Assembly (NCBI GenBank): GCA_964430265.1
Contig: CAYSEI010000005.1
Span: 14,784 to 78,783, forward strand
DNA: 64,000 bases
Source: an uncultured Pseudomonadales bacterium
GTDB lineage: Bacteria > Patescibacteriota > Microgenomatia > UBA1400 > CAYXSR01
Direction of reading: 5' to 3'
Shown here: in pieces, positions 32,820 to 42,651 of the stretch
Numbering within the stretch: the stretch's first letter is position 1
Layout: each line of letters begins with the position of its first letter
The notes under the pieces: generated by a model
Seen by the model: the letters and a program-made list of their open reading frames with translations, nothing else
Told to the model about the DNA's origin: nothing
Database searches by the model: none
Translations under genes and position numbers: made by a program

Positions 32820-35143
32820 AGCCTTGCCCTTCTGGCAATTTCTGCTTCTACTACAGCTCTATCTTTTCCGTATTTTAAGCGTGAAAGCTGTTTAATCATT
32901 TCAGCTACTTTGGAATTTCGCAGTTTATCTATTTTATCCATATCTTTGGTTAAATCCATTGAAAACGGATGAACCGGCTCATTATCAACTATTGTCTTCA
33001 TGTATGCATGGTATTTTTCAATATTAATCAAATCCCGTTCCGAAAAAGTGGGTTGGAACTCATGTTGCAAATAATTGGCGTCCGTAACACCGATCCTAAA
33101 AGAAATTAATGAACCGACGTTTCCAAAAACAGCATTCTTAACTTCCTCTTCAACCTGACCGATAAACTGGTTGGCAACACACAAGTTTAGGCGATATTTC
33201 CTTGCTTCAGACAAAATTTGGGCAAAGTCGGGTGTAGCAAAGTTTTGAAACTCATCCACATAAAGATAAAAGTCCTTTCTTTCTTTTTCCGGAATATCCT
33301 GACGGCTCATTGCAGCTACCAAAATCTTTGGAACCAATATCAAACCCAGAAAATTACTCATTTCTTCCCCAATCCTTCCCTTGGCAAGATTAATCAAAAG
33401 AATCTTCCCTTCATCCATTACTTTTCTAAAATCAAAAGCAGATTTGGATTGACCAATAATATTACGCATCATTTTGTTGGTAATAAACCTGCCAAACTTG
33501 GAAACAATATAGTCCAAAACTTCCGATTTATGAAAGTCCGAAGTTTGCGCAATTTGATCAGTCCAATAACGCCGTACCATAGGATCTTTTACTTTAGGCA
33601 AAAGCTCCTGCACAAATTTTTGATCAGTTAAAGCACGCACAACTTCAACAAAAGTACTCCCGGGCTCACTCATCACTGTCAACATTGCATTTCTAATTGC
33701 ATGTTCAAAACGAGGGCCAATAATACCAGTTTTGTGCGGGTCATACAATTTGTACATCAATCCAATTATTGAAGAGACTACAAAATGCCTCTGATCTTCT
33801 GTTTCTGTTTCCAACATATTTAATCCTAAAGGTCTTTCCGTATCCGAAGGATTAAAATAGATCACGTCTTCTGCTCTTTCCGGTGGAATTAATTCCATTA
33901 TTTGTTCCACTGTATCGTGAGGGTCAATAAAGCAAACTCCTCTTCCTTCACGGATGTCTTGCAATGCCATTTCCATCATTAATTGGGATTTACCCACACC
34001 AGTTTTACCAATTATATACATATGCCTACGGCGATCTTTTTTAGCAATGCAAACCGGCCGTGTCATTCCCCGATAAGTGCTTTTACCAATATACAGGCCT
34101 GTTTTGGGAACTTCTGCCGGTGCTGGTGCTGATTTTGCCGCCAGCCAATGGATATGCGGTGTTTCAACGGATTTATTGGGCAGATGATACATTCCTGCCA
34201 GCTCTTCAGTAGATAAAACACTTTGACCGCCAAAAAGAGACTGGTAGCGATATATAAAATCAATCATAAAAAGCTTTTTAAACCAAATCTTTTTCTTTTT
34301 AAACCCATTTAAACTGGAATTAAATTGTGTAAAAGAAGATGTCAAATTTTTTAAATGTCTATCTGCCTGATGTTTTGTTTCTGAAGAAACAACAATTCTA
34401 ATTGAAGTATTAAAACCTGCTTTGCTGCATTTATTGTCAATTCTTTCCAAATCTTTTGGATCTACTTTGTATTGTGCTTCTTCCGGGTCTGCTTCCTTAC
34501 TTTTTATCTTGGAAATATAGCTTTGTCCGGAACTTTCCCACTTGCTTCCTGCCGGGCTGATAATAAATTGGATTGCTGCTCCTTCATTCTCTCCCATTTT
34601 TGCTAAAGACGAAGTAATCATACTTAAAGGATCTGTCGGAAGATCCCGATAAATTTTCAAAGGATAAAATGAGGCATTTTTCAAAACCAGTGAAGCACTG
34701 GCAACCTTGCCTTTTTCAGAAAAAAGATTATATTCTTCCACTTGTTTTACTTCAGCATCCGGATAAGCACCATGAATTTGTTTCTCAACCAAATCACGTA
34801 AGTCCTCGTGTACAGCAACATAAAAACGGATGTTTTCTTTACTGGCTACAATCTCAAAAGATAAATGATTTGGCGCTTTAAATTTTGATAAAAAGCCCGA
34901 TTTTTTAATTGAGTATAGCGAAGCAAACATTTGTTCTGCAGCATCAATTTTTGTTTCATTATCCCTGGGTACAGCAATTTGCAAAAGAACAAACTTTAAA
35001 GAACGCTCTTCCCTATCTTTAAATTTCATCCAAATCAAAAAAAGATAAAAAATACCAATTAACGCCAAAACCAATAAACCTGCAATAAATATCAAAATTA
35101 AAAATATTTTTGAATAGCTGGCTAATTGTGCTAATGGATCCAT
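32816..35143 (-). CDS. VirD4/TraG-like type IV coupling-protein family ATPase with N-terminal TM and a novel about 330-aa N-domain (paralog A)
   Basis: Walker A MYIIGKTGVGKSQLMM; Walker B FYLYVDEFQNFAT; downstream Q-x2-Q...G block NQFIGQVEEEVKNAVFGNVGSLISF matches the T4CP / TraG-D_C signature; 45-50% identical to the 720-aa paralog at 43224..45386. Confidence 0.55.
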   Translation of the reverse strand: MDPLAQLASYSKIFLILIFIAGLLVLALIGIFYLFLIWMKFKDREERSLKFVLLQIAVPRDNETKIDAAEQMFASLYSIKKSGFLSKFKAPNHLSFEIVASKENIRFYVAVHEDLRDLVEKQIHGAYPDAEVKQVEEYNLFSEKGKVASASLVLKNASFYPLKIYRDLPTDPLSMITSSLAKMGENEGAAIQFIISPAGSKWESSGQSYISKIKSKEADPEEAQYKVDPKDLERIDNKCSKAGFNTSIRIVVSSETKHQADRHLKNLTSSFTQFNSSLNGFKKKKIWFKKLFMIDFIYRYQSLFGGQSVLSTEELAGMYHLPNKSVETPHIHWLAAKSAPAPAEVPKTGLYIGKSTYRGMTRPVCIAKKDRRRHMYIIGKTGVGKSQLMMEMALQDIREGRGVCFIDPHDTVEQIMELIPPERAEDVIYFNPSDTERPLGLNMLETETEDQRHFVVSSIIGLMYKLYDPHKTGIIGPRFEHAIRNAMLTVMSEPGSTFVEVVRALTDQKFVQELLPKVKDPMVRRYWTDQIAQTSDFHKSEVLDYIVSKFGRFITNKMMRNIIGQSKSAFDFRKVMDEGKILLINLAKGRIGEEMSNFLGLILVPKILVAAMSRQDIPEKERKDFYLYVDEFQNFATPDFAQILSEARKYRLNLCVANQFIGQVEEEVKNAVFGNVGSLISFRIGVTDANYLQHEFQPTFSERDLINIEKYHAYMKTIVDNEPVHPFSMDLTKDMDKIDKLRNSKVAEMIKQLSRLKYGKDRAVVEAEIARRARL

Positions 35144-35146
35144 AAT

Positions 35147-35605
35147 TTATTTTTCTTTATAAGACACCCTACTGGGAAACATTTTAACAACTCTTAAACA
35201 CCATTCCGACAACCAACGAATGGAATCAGAAACTTTTTCCTTTAATCCTTCCTCTATTTTCTCTTTTTCCAATGGTAGAACAATCTTAGCTTTTACAACC
35301 TGAGAAGCTTCCATTAGAATCTGTCCGTACTGATCTTTAACCGGTCCTGGAAGTGTAATTTCCTCACCTTTTTCCAATTTTTCCATCCATCCTTCAACTT
35401 CAGGAGGCGGCTCAAATTCTTTTTTTTCTACTATTACCGGTGCTTGTTCTTTAAAAAAAGTTCCGCCCGCTTCTCTTTCTTTTGCCATTCCAGGCGAGCC
35501 ACTAATCTGAGGTTTTGGCGGAGGCTGTATTTTCTTGTCATCTTTTACAACCGGCTGCTGCGGATCATTGGGATCAGCACCAGAGGGCAGATTATCTCTC
35601 TTCAT
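35147..35605 (-). CDS. Hypothetical Pro-rich protein, translationally coupled upstream of ATPase paralog A
   Basis: 152-aa ORF ending 4 nt before the ATPase start; PPPKPQ and EPPPE tracts. Confidence 0.4.
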   Translation of the reverse strand: MKRDNLPSGADPNDPQQPVVKDDKKIQPPPKPQISGSPGMAKEREAGGTFFKEQAPVIVEKKEFEPPPEVEGWMEKLEKGEEITLPGPVKDQYGQILMEASQVVKAKIVLPLEKEKIEEGLKEKVSDSIRWLSEWCLRVVKMFPSRVSYKEK

Positions 35606-35668
35606 AAATATAATATTAACACAAATTAGTGGTAAGTATTAAGTAGAAAGCTGCAATTATTTGACCGC

Positions 35669-37078
35669 TTAAATCTCAAGTAAACGAATCATACTTGTTT
35701 TTCCCGGTGTTCCCCATGATTTCCCACAAACCATAATTATCTTGTCACCTTTTTCAATCTTTTCTTCTTTTTGATCAAGAAATTCAAGTATCCTTTTGAT
35801 CTCTTTATCACTTAAAGTCTTGTAATTAAAAAGATACGGTTTTACTCCCCACGTCAAATACATTCTATCCCTGACATTTTCATCGTGAGTAAATGCATAT
35901 ATTGGCATTTGTGGTCTTAATCTTGCCAGCATACTAGCAGTATGTCCTCCTTCGGTTAAAACCAAAAATCCTTTTAATTCCGGAAGATCCCTGCTTAATT
36001 GATAAGCTGCCATTGTCACAGCAGCAGTTTGATCTACAATAGGATAATTTTTCACATTATGACTATTGTTAAGAGTTTCGTTGTCCTCAAGAAAAAGTGC
36101 AGATCGTACCATCCAACTGACAGCTTCAACCGGATATTTTCCCACTGCTGTTTCACCAGAAAGCATTAATGCATCTGTTTTATCCAATACCGCATTACCC
36201 ACATCAGAGATCTCAGCACGCGTTGGTAAAGGTTCTTTTACCATACTTTCCAACATCTGCGTCGCTGTAATCACTGGCTTTCCCTGTCTTAAACATTTTT
36301 TAATAATTGTTTTCTGCCAAAAAGGTATTTCTTCCATTGGAGTTTCAATTCCTAAATCTCCCCGAGCAATCATAATCCCTTCAGAAACTTCCAGAATCTC
36401 GTCAAAATTATCCAAAGACTGTTGGGTCTCAATTTTTGAAATAACTCCTGCATTCATTTTTCTTTTACGTAATTCTTTTTTCAAATCCAAAATATCATTT
36501 TTATAACGCACAAAAGAAAGTGCAACATAATCAACATCATCTTTTTGCATACCGTTTAAACAATCAAAATCCTTTTCTGCCAAAGAAGCAATGTTTAGAT
36601 CAACACCCGGAAGATTAACACTTTTTCTTCCTTCAATTTTACCACCTTCGACAACTCTAAGCACTGCTTTTCCTTCTTTAATATCTATTACCTGAAATCT
36701 TAGCTTGCCATCGTCAATATATACGTCATCTCCTTTACGGATATCCGGGATTACTTCTTTGCGGTCCAAAAGAATGTCTGCCGGCTTTTCAGCTCCAAAA
36801 ATTACTTCCTCGCCAGGTTTGAATTCTTTCCTTTCCCCGGTTGCCCTAATTTCTGGTCCTTGAAGATCCATTACAGTACAAACGCTTATCCCTTTTTCCT
36901 TTGCTACTTCTCTTACCTTTGCAATTCTTTGGCCATGCCATTCACAAGTATTGTGCTTCATATTAAACCTAAACGCACGTACCCCCAAGTCTAACATCTT
37001 GGAAATAATCTGCTTGTCATCAGATGCTGGTCCGTATGTAACCAAAATTTTTGTTTTTAAGCGTTTCTTGTCTTTCAT
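35669..37078 (-). CDS. pyk: Pyruvate kinase
   Basis: TKILVTYGPAS...MIARGDLGIE...; 469 aa. Confidence 0.9.
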   Translation of the reverse strand: MKDKKRLKTKILVTYGPASDDKQIISKMLDLGVRAFRFNMKHNTCEWHGQRIAKVREVAKEKGISVCTVMDLQGPEIRATGERKEFKPGEEVIFGAEKPADILLDRKEVIPDIRKGDDVYIDDGKLRFQVIDIKEGKAVLRVVEGGKIEGRKSVNLPGVDLNIASLAEKDFDCLNGMQKDDVDYVALSFVRYKNDILDLKKELRKRKMNAGVISKIETQQSLDNFDEILEVSEGIMIARGDLGIETPMEEIPFWQKTIIKKCLRQGKPVITATQMLESMVKEPLPTRAEISDVGNAVLDKTDALMLSGETAVGKYPVEAVSWMVRSALFLEDNETLNNSHNVKNYPIVDQTAAVTMAAYQLSRDLPELKGFLVLTEGGHTASMLARLRPQMPIYAFTHDENVRDRMYLTWGVKPYLFNYKTLSDKEIKRILEFLDQKEEKIEKGDKIIMVCGKSWGTPGKTSMIRLLEI

Positions 37079-37713
37079 AAAAATACCTTTCTCTTCTCAT
37101 TAGAAATCTTATTAAACCTTTGAGGCCAATTAGATTTTACCTCAAAACCAGCTCTTTTTAAAGTTTTTGCTACTTTTCCCAAGGGAAAACCCCAAATATT
37201 GCTTAAACTACCAGTGTATTTTTTAACAAATCTGCCTCCTTGTTCCTGAATAGCATAGGCTCCAGCTTTGTCTTGCCAAGCTGCTTGATCCAAATATTTT
37301 TCCAATTCTTTTTCTTTTATTTCTCTAAAAAACACTTCACTTTTATCAATAAAACAATTTTTTTTACTATTCCAGAAAAAACAAACACTGGTAATTACTA
37401 AATGTTTTTTACCTGAAAGCTGATTCAAAATTCTTTTAGCATCTTTTTTATTGTCAGGCTTGCCTATTTTTTCCCAACTTTTTTGCTTTTTCAAAAAAAC
37501 CATTGTATCTGCACTAATTATCAGTACATTCTTTTTATTCACTTTTTGCTTAACTTCCCTTCCTTTTTTTAAAGCAATATTTTTTACCAGCTTTTTGGGC
37601 GGAATATTCTCTATTTTTTCTTCTATATTGCTAGGAATAACTTTAAAATCATCGATTAATAAATTTAGAAGTTCTTTTCTTCGTTTAGAGGCAGACGCTA
37701 AAACTACTTCCAT
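37075..37713 (-). CDS. maf: Maf-like nucleoside triphosphate pyrophosphatase (septum formation protein Maf)
   Basis: LASASKRRKELL N-terminus and ISADTMV block; about 200 aa. Confidence 0.8.
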   Translation of the reverse strand: MEVVLASASKRRKELLNLLIDDFKVIPSNIEEKIENIPPKKLVKNIALKKGREVKQKVNKKNVLIISADTMVFLKKQKSWEKIGKPDNKKDAKRILNQLSGKKHLVITSVCFFWNSKKNCFIDKSEVFFREIKEKELEKYLDQAAWQDKAGAYAIQEQGGRFVKKYTGSLSNIWGFPLGKVAKTLKRAGFEVKSNWPQRFNKISNEKRKVFL

Positions 37714-38018
37714 TCTCCGTTTTCAATCCTTTTTTTCAATCTTTCCAGCATTTCTAAATACTCTTTTTCCAAATCAACATCATTCTGCTCTGCTAAAACT
37801 AAAAGATCATATAAAACATCACACAAAGAATCTTTAAACCCTTCTTTTTGCCAGCCGGGTTTGTTACCTTTAGCTCTTTGCTTGGTTAAAACTGCATTGG
37901 CAAGCTCACCAATTTCTTCGACTAGATCAATAAAACGGATATTATTGTCCCAAGCTTTCCAGTTGTCGAATTTCTGATTAACCTTTACTGTTTCTTTGGT
38001 TAATTCTTTTAAATCCAT
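37704..38018 (-). CDS. MazG-like nucleotide pyrophosphohydrolase (small all-alpha NTP-PPase)
   Basis: 104 aa with EEIGELANAV...DVLYDLLVLAE EExxE/D motif. Confidence 0.65.
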   Translation of the reverse strand: MDLKELTKETVKVNQKFDNWKAWDNNIRFIDLVEEIGELANAVLTKQRAKGNKPGWQKEGFKDSLCDVLYDLLVLAEQNDVDLEKEYLEMLERLKKRIENGEWK

Positions 38019-38755
38019 TATTTTATTCCTTTTAATTTAACTTCTGGAAAAAAAGTTTCAATTTCTTTTTTAAATTCACTAAATTTTTTATCCGCTAATG
38101 GTTTTTTCTTATTATATTGATCTTTTAAGCAATTCTGTGGTCTAAACTTCTGTAAAAACCACACTTTTTCTTTTTCTTCTCCATATTGATTATACAAACT
38201 ATTTAATTCCTTTGCTAGTTCAAGCAAATTTTGTTTTTTGTGTATTCCTGGAACAACCGTTGTTCTGAATTCATGCTCAATATCTGACTGTAAAATTAGC
38301 TTAATACTTTTTTTTATATTATCAATAGGATAATTAATTCCCACTGCTTTGTTATAATCAGAAAAATTGTTTTTTAAATCCATGGCAATAAAATCAACAA
38401 CTTTTTTATTTATCATTTTACTCAACATCTTCGGATTAGTCCCATTACTATCCAACTTAACTTCAAACCCCATGTCTTTTATTTTCTTACAAAAGTCTGG
38501 CAAGTCATTTTGCAAGGTTGGCTCTCCTCCGGTTATACAAACTCCGTCTAAAATTCCTTTTCTTTTATTTAAAAAAGTAAAAAAATCCTTTTCCGGTATT
38601 TGAGGAAGTTTTTTTTGTTCAAAGTTTTTTAATGTCACAAGATCTTTGTTATGACAAAAAGGACAACGAAAGTTACAGCCTACAGTAAAGACTGTACATG
38701 CAATACGACCAGGAAAATCAATTAAAGTAGTTTTTTGCAATCCTCCTAACAGCAT
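38018..38755 (-). CDS. nrdG: Anaerobic ribonucleoside-triphosphate reductase activating protein (radical SAM)
   Basis: GCNFRCPFCHN (Cx3Cx2C), GGEPT; 245 aa; immediately downstream of nrdD. Confidence 0.85.
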   Translation of the reverse strand: MLLGGLQKTTLIDFPGRIACTVFTVGCNFRCPFCHNKDLVTLKNFEQKKLPQIPEKDFFTFLNKRKGILDGVCITGGEPTLQNDLPDFCKKIKDMGFEVKLDSNGTNPKMLSKMINKKVVDFIAMDLKNNFSDYNKAVGINYPIDNIKKSIKLILQSDIEHEFRTTVVPGIHKKQNLLELAKELNSLYNQYGEEKEKVWFLQKFRPQNCLKDQYNKKKPLADKKFSEFKKEIETFFPEVKLKGIK

Positions 38756-38766
38756 CTATTTTATGC

Positions 38767-38913
38767 TTATGAGACCTTGTATGTTTTTCTTTTATAGAAT
38801 TCTGCTTCTTTTCCCGGATTCCACTGGGAAACAGGTCTTAAATAACCCACAATGCGTGAATAAACTTCACATTTTGTGCGCTCTTGTTTCTTTTCTGTTT
38901 TTTGTGCTGCCAT
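38767..38913 (-). CDS. Mini-ORF (48 aa from the internal ATG) encoding the NrdD glycyl-radical C-terminal tail; +1 frame relative to nrdD
   Basis: MAAQKTEKKQERTKCEVYSRIVGYLRPVSQWNPGKEAEFYKRK matches the NrdD C-terminal consensus ..RRVCGYLG..RP.NAGKQEE..R that contains the radical Gly. The ATG lies 1 nt after the nrdD TAA and is preceded by AAGGAGGTG. The six-frame track extends this ORF to 38988. Confidence 0.5.
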   Translation of the reverse strand: MAAQKTEKKQERTKCEVYSRIVGYLRPVSQWNPGKEAEFYKRKTYKVS

Positions 38914-38914
38914 T

Positions 38915-41900
38915 TTACACCTCCTTTTGGTAGCCAATTTCTTGATCACATTTTGGACAAAACTTATGTTCTCCCTTAAGATATCCATGTTTGGGACAAA
39001 TGGAAAAACTTGGAGTCAATGAAAAATAAGGAAGACTATAGTTTTTAGCTATTTTTTGCACCATTTTTTTGACAATTTTCGTATTGTCCGGACTTTCTCC
39101 CAAGAAACCGTGCAAAACCGTTCCGCCGGTGTATGAAGTCTGTAATTCATCTTGATTATCTAAAGCTTCAAATATATCGTTTGTATAATCAACCGGTAAA
39201 TGTGTTGAGTTGGTATAAAAAGGCTCTGTCCTTTTATCATCAACGTCTTTTTGGTTTGCACAAATTATTTCATTCCCAAAATATTCTTTGTCAATTCTAG
39301 CAAAACGATATGAAGTTCCTTCGGCCGGAGTTGCTTCCAAATTAAACATTTGGTCAGTTTCCTTCTGGAAATCCAGCAATTTATCGTTCATAAAGTTCAT
39401 AACTTTTAAGGCAAATTCCTTTCCTTCCGGTTCAACAATTGTTTTACCCATAAAATTAACCAATGCTTCATTCATTCCATTAATCCCGATAGTACTAAAA
39501 TGGTTATGCCAGTATTCTCCGGTTCTTTTTTTAATATCGTTTAAATAATAACGGCAGTACGGATAAAGTCCCTTTTCTGTAAATCCTTCTACAATTTCCC
39601 TTTTAATTTGTAAGGAATCTTTTGCCAATTCCATTAATTCTTCTACTTTTTCAAAAAAATCTTCTTCTGTTTCAGCTTGGTATCCAATCCGTGGAAGGTT
39701 TAAAGTTACTACTCCCACTGAACCGGTCAACGGATTAGCAGCAAATAACCCCCCTCTTTTACGCAGTTTTTTATTGTCCAGCTGCAATCTGCAACACATA
39801 CTGCGAATATCTTCCGGATCCATATCCGAATTAACAAAGTTAGAAAAATATGGAATCCCATATTTGCGTGTCATCTCCCATATTGGTTCCAAAACCTTGT
39901 TGTCCCACTCAAAATTCTTGGTTACAGAATAAGTTGGAATTGGAAAAGTAAATACTCTTCCGTGTGCATCGCCTTCCATCATTACTTCAGCAAAAGCGCG
40001 GTTAAATTGATCAACTTCTTCTTGAAATTCTTTATATGTTCGTTCTTGCATTTTGCCACCAATAATTACAGCTTCGTCTTTAAATATTTTGGGAATTACT
40101 AAATCCATGGTTACATTTGTAAAAGGAGTATTTCCTGTTATAAAAACTTTTCCTTTTCTCCTAGCAATTATTGTTTCGTTTTTCGTATGTGGACACCAAA
40201 TAACGCCCTCATAATCAACCTCTTTTATTTCCTGGATATATGTTTCTTTGTGTCTTATTAAACGCAAAACAAAAATTTCCTTATTCCCAATAACTGTCGC
40301 TTTTCTTTCTAAAACCGTAAAACCATATTCACAATTTACTACCATCTCCTGTAAATCTTCTAATAAATTAGGATGTGACACAGCAATCTTACAATCTTCA
40401 AATCCATCCGCCTTTAAATATGTGTTAATAAACACACGTGATTGTTTTGTGTTCATTTTTAACATTTTATGAGGAATGAAATGTATGTTCTCTTTTGTTC
40501 CAAACCATTGGTGAATTGTTTTAGAGCTCTCTGCATTCAATCTAAGACGGTTTACGTCTTCTCCCAAAGATGCATGTTTGTATTCTGAATATTCAAACCC
40601 AAAATGATCAAGCAGTTCCTTAATCTCTAGATAATTTTTTTTATTTCTCAATTCTGATTGATAAATGCTGACACGATAACAACAACGATGCTTTCCTGGT
40701 CTTTCAATTGTCCCGTCTGCAATTATCCAAGCCATTAATTTAATTTGCTCATCACTAATCTCTGCTTTCTTATTACTATTTTTTCCACTTACCGGAATTA
40801 TTACAGGAGATTTTAATTTTTTAACTTCTTCTATTGGTTCCAAAACATATTTATCTGAATTAAATTTTTTACGTACAACTCTGTGTTTAGGAGAAATTAA
40901 TTGATCCTGAATGCGGTTTTTCAGGTTAAACATCTTCCCTTTGTATTTTCTTTTAAAAACACTTTCTACTTCTTGTTCTTCAATCTCTTTTTTTTCAAGA
41001 TTAAAGGTTTTAATTTTATCTCCCTTTTTAACTTCTTGGTAGTCTTTCCAACCTTCAGAAGTTAAAATCTCTGTATCTTCAGAAACACATTGAAAACCTA
41101 CCCGTGTAGGAACATTCATGTTATAAACAAACTCCTGCATAGCCTGTTTAACCTCTTCATATGATAAATTATCATAAGCAATAAACGGTGCCATTAAAGT
41201 ATCAAAATTAGCAACTGCAATTGCACCGGCAACTTCACCCTGCAAGGTATAGAAAAAGTTTACTAACTGTCCTAAAGCTGTCCGTAAGTGTTTAGGGGGA
41301 GAAGAATGTATTTTACCTCTAACTCCGCCAAATCCCCGTAATAAAAAGTCTTTTAGATCCCATCCCGTACAATATGCAGAAATCAATGCCAAGTCATGAA
41401 TGTGCAATTCCCCATGAGTATGTGCTTTTCTAATTTCTCGAGGATAAATCTTATGCAGCCAAAAGTTGGAAGAAATAATTGAGGCAACATGATTGTTTAA
41501 ACCTTGTAAGGAATAGGTCATATTAGCATTCTCTTTAACCAACCAATCTTCTTTTTCCAGGTATTTTTCAATTAGCTCATTTGAATCAACCAAACTACCA
41601 ATATCCCTCATCTTGCGGTGCAAATCACGATACAGTGTAAAGGCTTTATGAATCTTTTTTTCTTGGTTTTCAAGAAGCTTTTTTTCAACCAGGTCCTGCA
41701 CTTGTTCCACTTCCGGAGTAATTGTCTGATTAAACCGCTTTTCCATTTCATCCACTACCTGCTGAGACAGTTTTCTGATCTTTTTTTTATTCTTAAAACC
41801 GGCAGCCCTGCTGGCTAACCAAATTGCTCTTTCTATTTTGGCAGGATCAAAATCTTCAATTCTTCCGTCTCTTTTTCTAATTTTTTCAATTACACTAGTT

Positions 41901-41917
41901 AATGCTGCATCTGGCAT
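38915..41917 (-). CDS. nrdD: Anaerobic ribonucleoside-triphosphate reductase (class III) carrying a 320-aa intein; the reading frame stops just before the glycyl-radical motif
   Basis: N-terminal ATP-cone; class III RNR core; C-terminal C-x2-H...C-x2-C zinc ribbon; 1000 aa versus about 680 aa typical (intein inserted at C277). Confidence 0.8.
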   Translation of the reverse strand: MPDAALTSVIEKIRKRDGRIEDFDPAKIERAIWLASRAAGFKNKKKIRKLSQQVVDEMEKRFNQTITPEVEQVQDLVEKKLLENQEKKIHKAFTLYRDLHRKMRDIGSLVDSNELIEKYLEKEDWLVKENANMTYSLQGLNNHVASIISSNFWLHKIYPREIRKAHTHGELHIHDLALISAYCTGWDLKDFLLRGFGGVRGKIHSSPPKHLRTALGQLVNFFYTLQGEVAGAIAVANFDTLMAPFIAYDNLSYEEVKQAMQEFVYNMNVPTRVGFQCVSEDTEILTSEGWKDYQEVKKGDKIKTFNLEKKEIEEQEVESVFKRKYKGKMFNLKNRIQDQLISPKHRVVRKKFNSDKYVLEPIEEVKKLKSPVIIPVSGKNSNKKAEISDEQIKLMAWIIADGTIERPGKHRCCYRVSIYQSELRNKKNYLEIKELLDHFGFEYSEYKHASLGEDVNRLRLNAESSKTIHQWFGTKENIHFIPHKMLKMNTKQSRVFINTYLKADGFEDCKIAVSHPNLLEDLQEMVVNCEYGFTVLERKATVIGNKEIFVLRLIRHKETYIQEIKEVDYEGVIWCPHTKNETIIARRKGKVFITGNTPFTNVTMDLVIPKIFKDEAVIIGGKMQERTYKEFQEEVDQFNRAFAEVMMEGDAHGRVFTFPIPTYSVTKNFEWDNKVLEPIWEMTRKYGIPYFSNFVNSDMDPEDIRSMCCRLQLDNKKLRKRGGLFAANPLTGSVGVVTLNLPRIGYQAETEEDFFEKVEELMELAKDSLQIKREIVEGFTEKGLYPYCRYYLNDIKKRTGEYWHNHFSTIGINGMNEALVNFMGKTIVEPEGKEFALKVMNFMNDKLLDFQKETDQMFNLEATPAEGTSYRFARIDKEYFGNEIICANQKDVDDKRTEPFYTNSTHLPVDYTNDIFEALDNQDELQTSYTGGTVLHGFLGESPDNTKIVKKMVQKIAKNYSLPYFSLTPSFSICPKHGYLKGEHKFCPKCDQEIGYQKEV
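40130..41089 (-). mobile_element. Intein with a LAGLIDADG homing endonuclease domain, inserted in nrdD
   Basis: Starts CVSEDTEILT (block A) directly after ...TRVGFQ; HE motifs LMAWIIADGTI and YLKADGFED; ends ...VFITGN followed by a +1 Thr (TPFTN...). Confidence 0.7.
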
Positions 41918-41941
41918 GTTCCCTTTCTATACAATATTTAA

Positions 41942-42388
41942 TTATTGTAAATCATGAATTAAATCCTGAAATTCTCCAATGCTTTTAAATTCCAGAAAAA
42001 CACTGGCAAATCTGGTGTAAGCTATTCTGTCCAACTTTTTCAACCGGGTCAAAATCATCCTACCTATGTCGCTTGACGAAACTTCAGTAGATTTACGATT
42101 TAACAAACGCATTTCAATCTCATCAATTATGTCCTTTATTTCCTCTTCACTAACCGGTCTTTTTTCACAAGCTTTTTCAATTCCCCAACGCATTTTTTTA
42201 CGGTTAAACTCTTCAACTTCTCCACTCTTTTTTATTACATTCAAATCAATAACCTCTACACGTTCATAAGTAGTAAATCGTTTGCCGCATTTTTCACACT
42301 CTCTTCTTCTTCTGGTAACTGCTCCGTCTTCACAATCTCTGGATTCTAAAACACTTGTTTCTGTGCTCATGCAATATGGACACTTCAT
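41942..42388 (-). CDS. nrdR: Transcriptional repressor NrdR
   Basis: MKCPYC...C-x2-C zinc ribbon plus ATP-cone; 148 aa. Confidence 0.9.
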   Translation of the reverse strand: MKCPYCMSTETSVLESRDCEDGAVTRRRRECEKCGKRFTTYERVEVIDLNVIKKSGEVEEFNRKKMRWGIEKACEKRPVSEEEIKDIIDEIEMRLLNRKSTEVSSSDIGRMILTRLKKLDRIAYTRFASVFLEFKSIGEFQDLIHDLQ

Positions 42389-42410
42389 ATTTTTCTCCTA
42401 ATTTTCAAAA

Positions 42411-42458
42411 ACACTAGTCATAGTGTACAGTCTAAAGTTAAAACACTAGTTGTGGCAT
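42411..42458 (-). promoter_or_regulatory. Two candidate NrdR boxes upstream of nrdR-nrdD-nrdG
   Basis: ACACTAGTCATAGTGT (42411..42426) and ACACTAGTTGTGGCAT (42443..42458): imperfect 16-bp palindromes of the acaC..........Gtgt type, spaced 32 bp start to start. Confidence 0.35.
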
Positions 42459-42651
42459 GTCAACTATCATTTAATACATCAAAAAATATCAGCAAGTAAA
42501 ATTTTTACAGAAGGAGCTTCTCAATAACAAAAACACTACTTTTTGCTACCAAAAATTCGCTTTTCATTTTCCGGATTCTAGTAAAAAATTAAAGTGTGAA
42601 AAAATGTACTCAAATAATTAAATTTTACTTATATTATAAATATATTTAAAT

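Noticed and set aside
38914-38988. N-terminal 25 aa of the six-frame ORF 38767..38988 (MDILRENISFVQNVIKKLATKRRCK)
   Set aside because: It overlaps the nrdD C-terminus out of frame. The meaningful start is the internal ATG at 38913, which has a perfect SD. The upstream extension is probably not translated.
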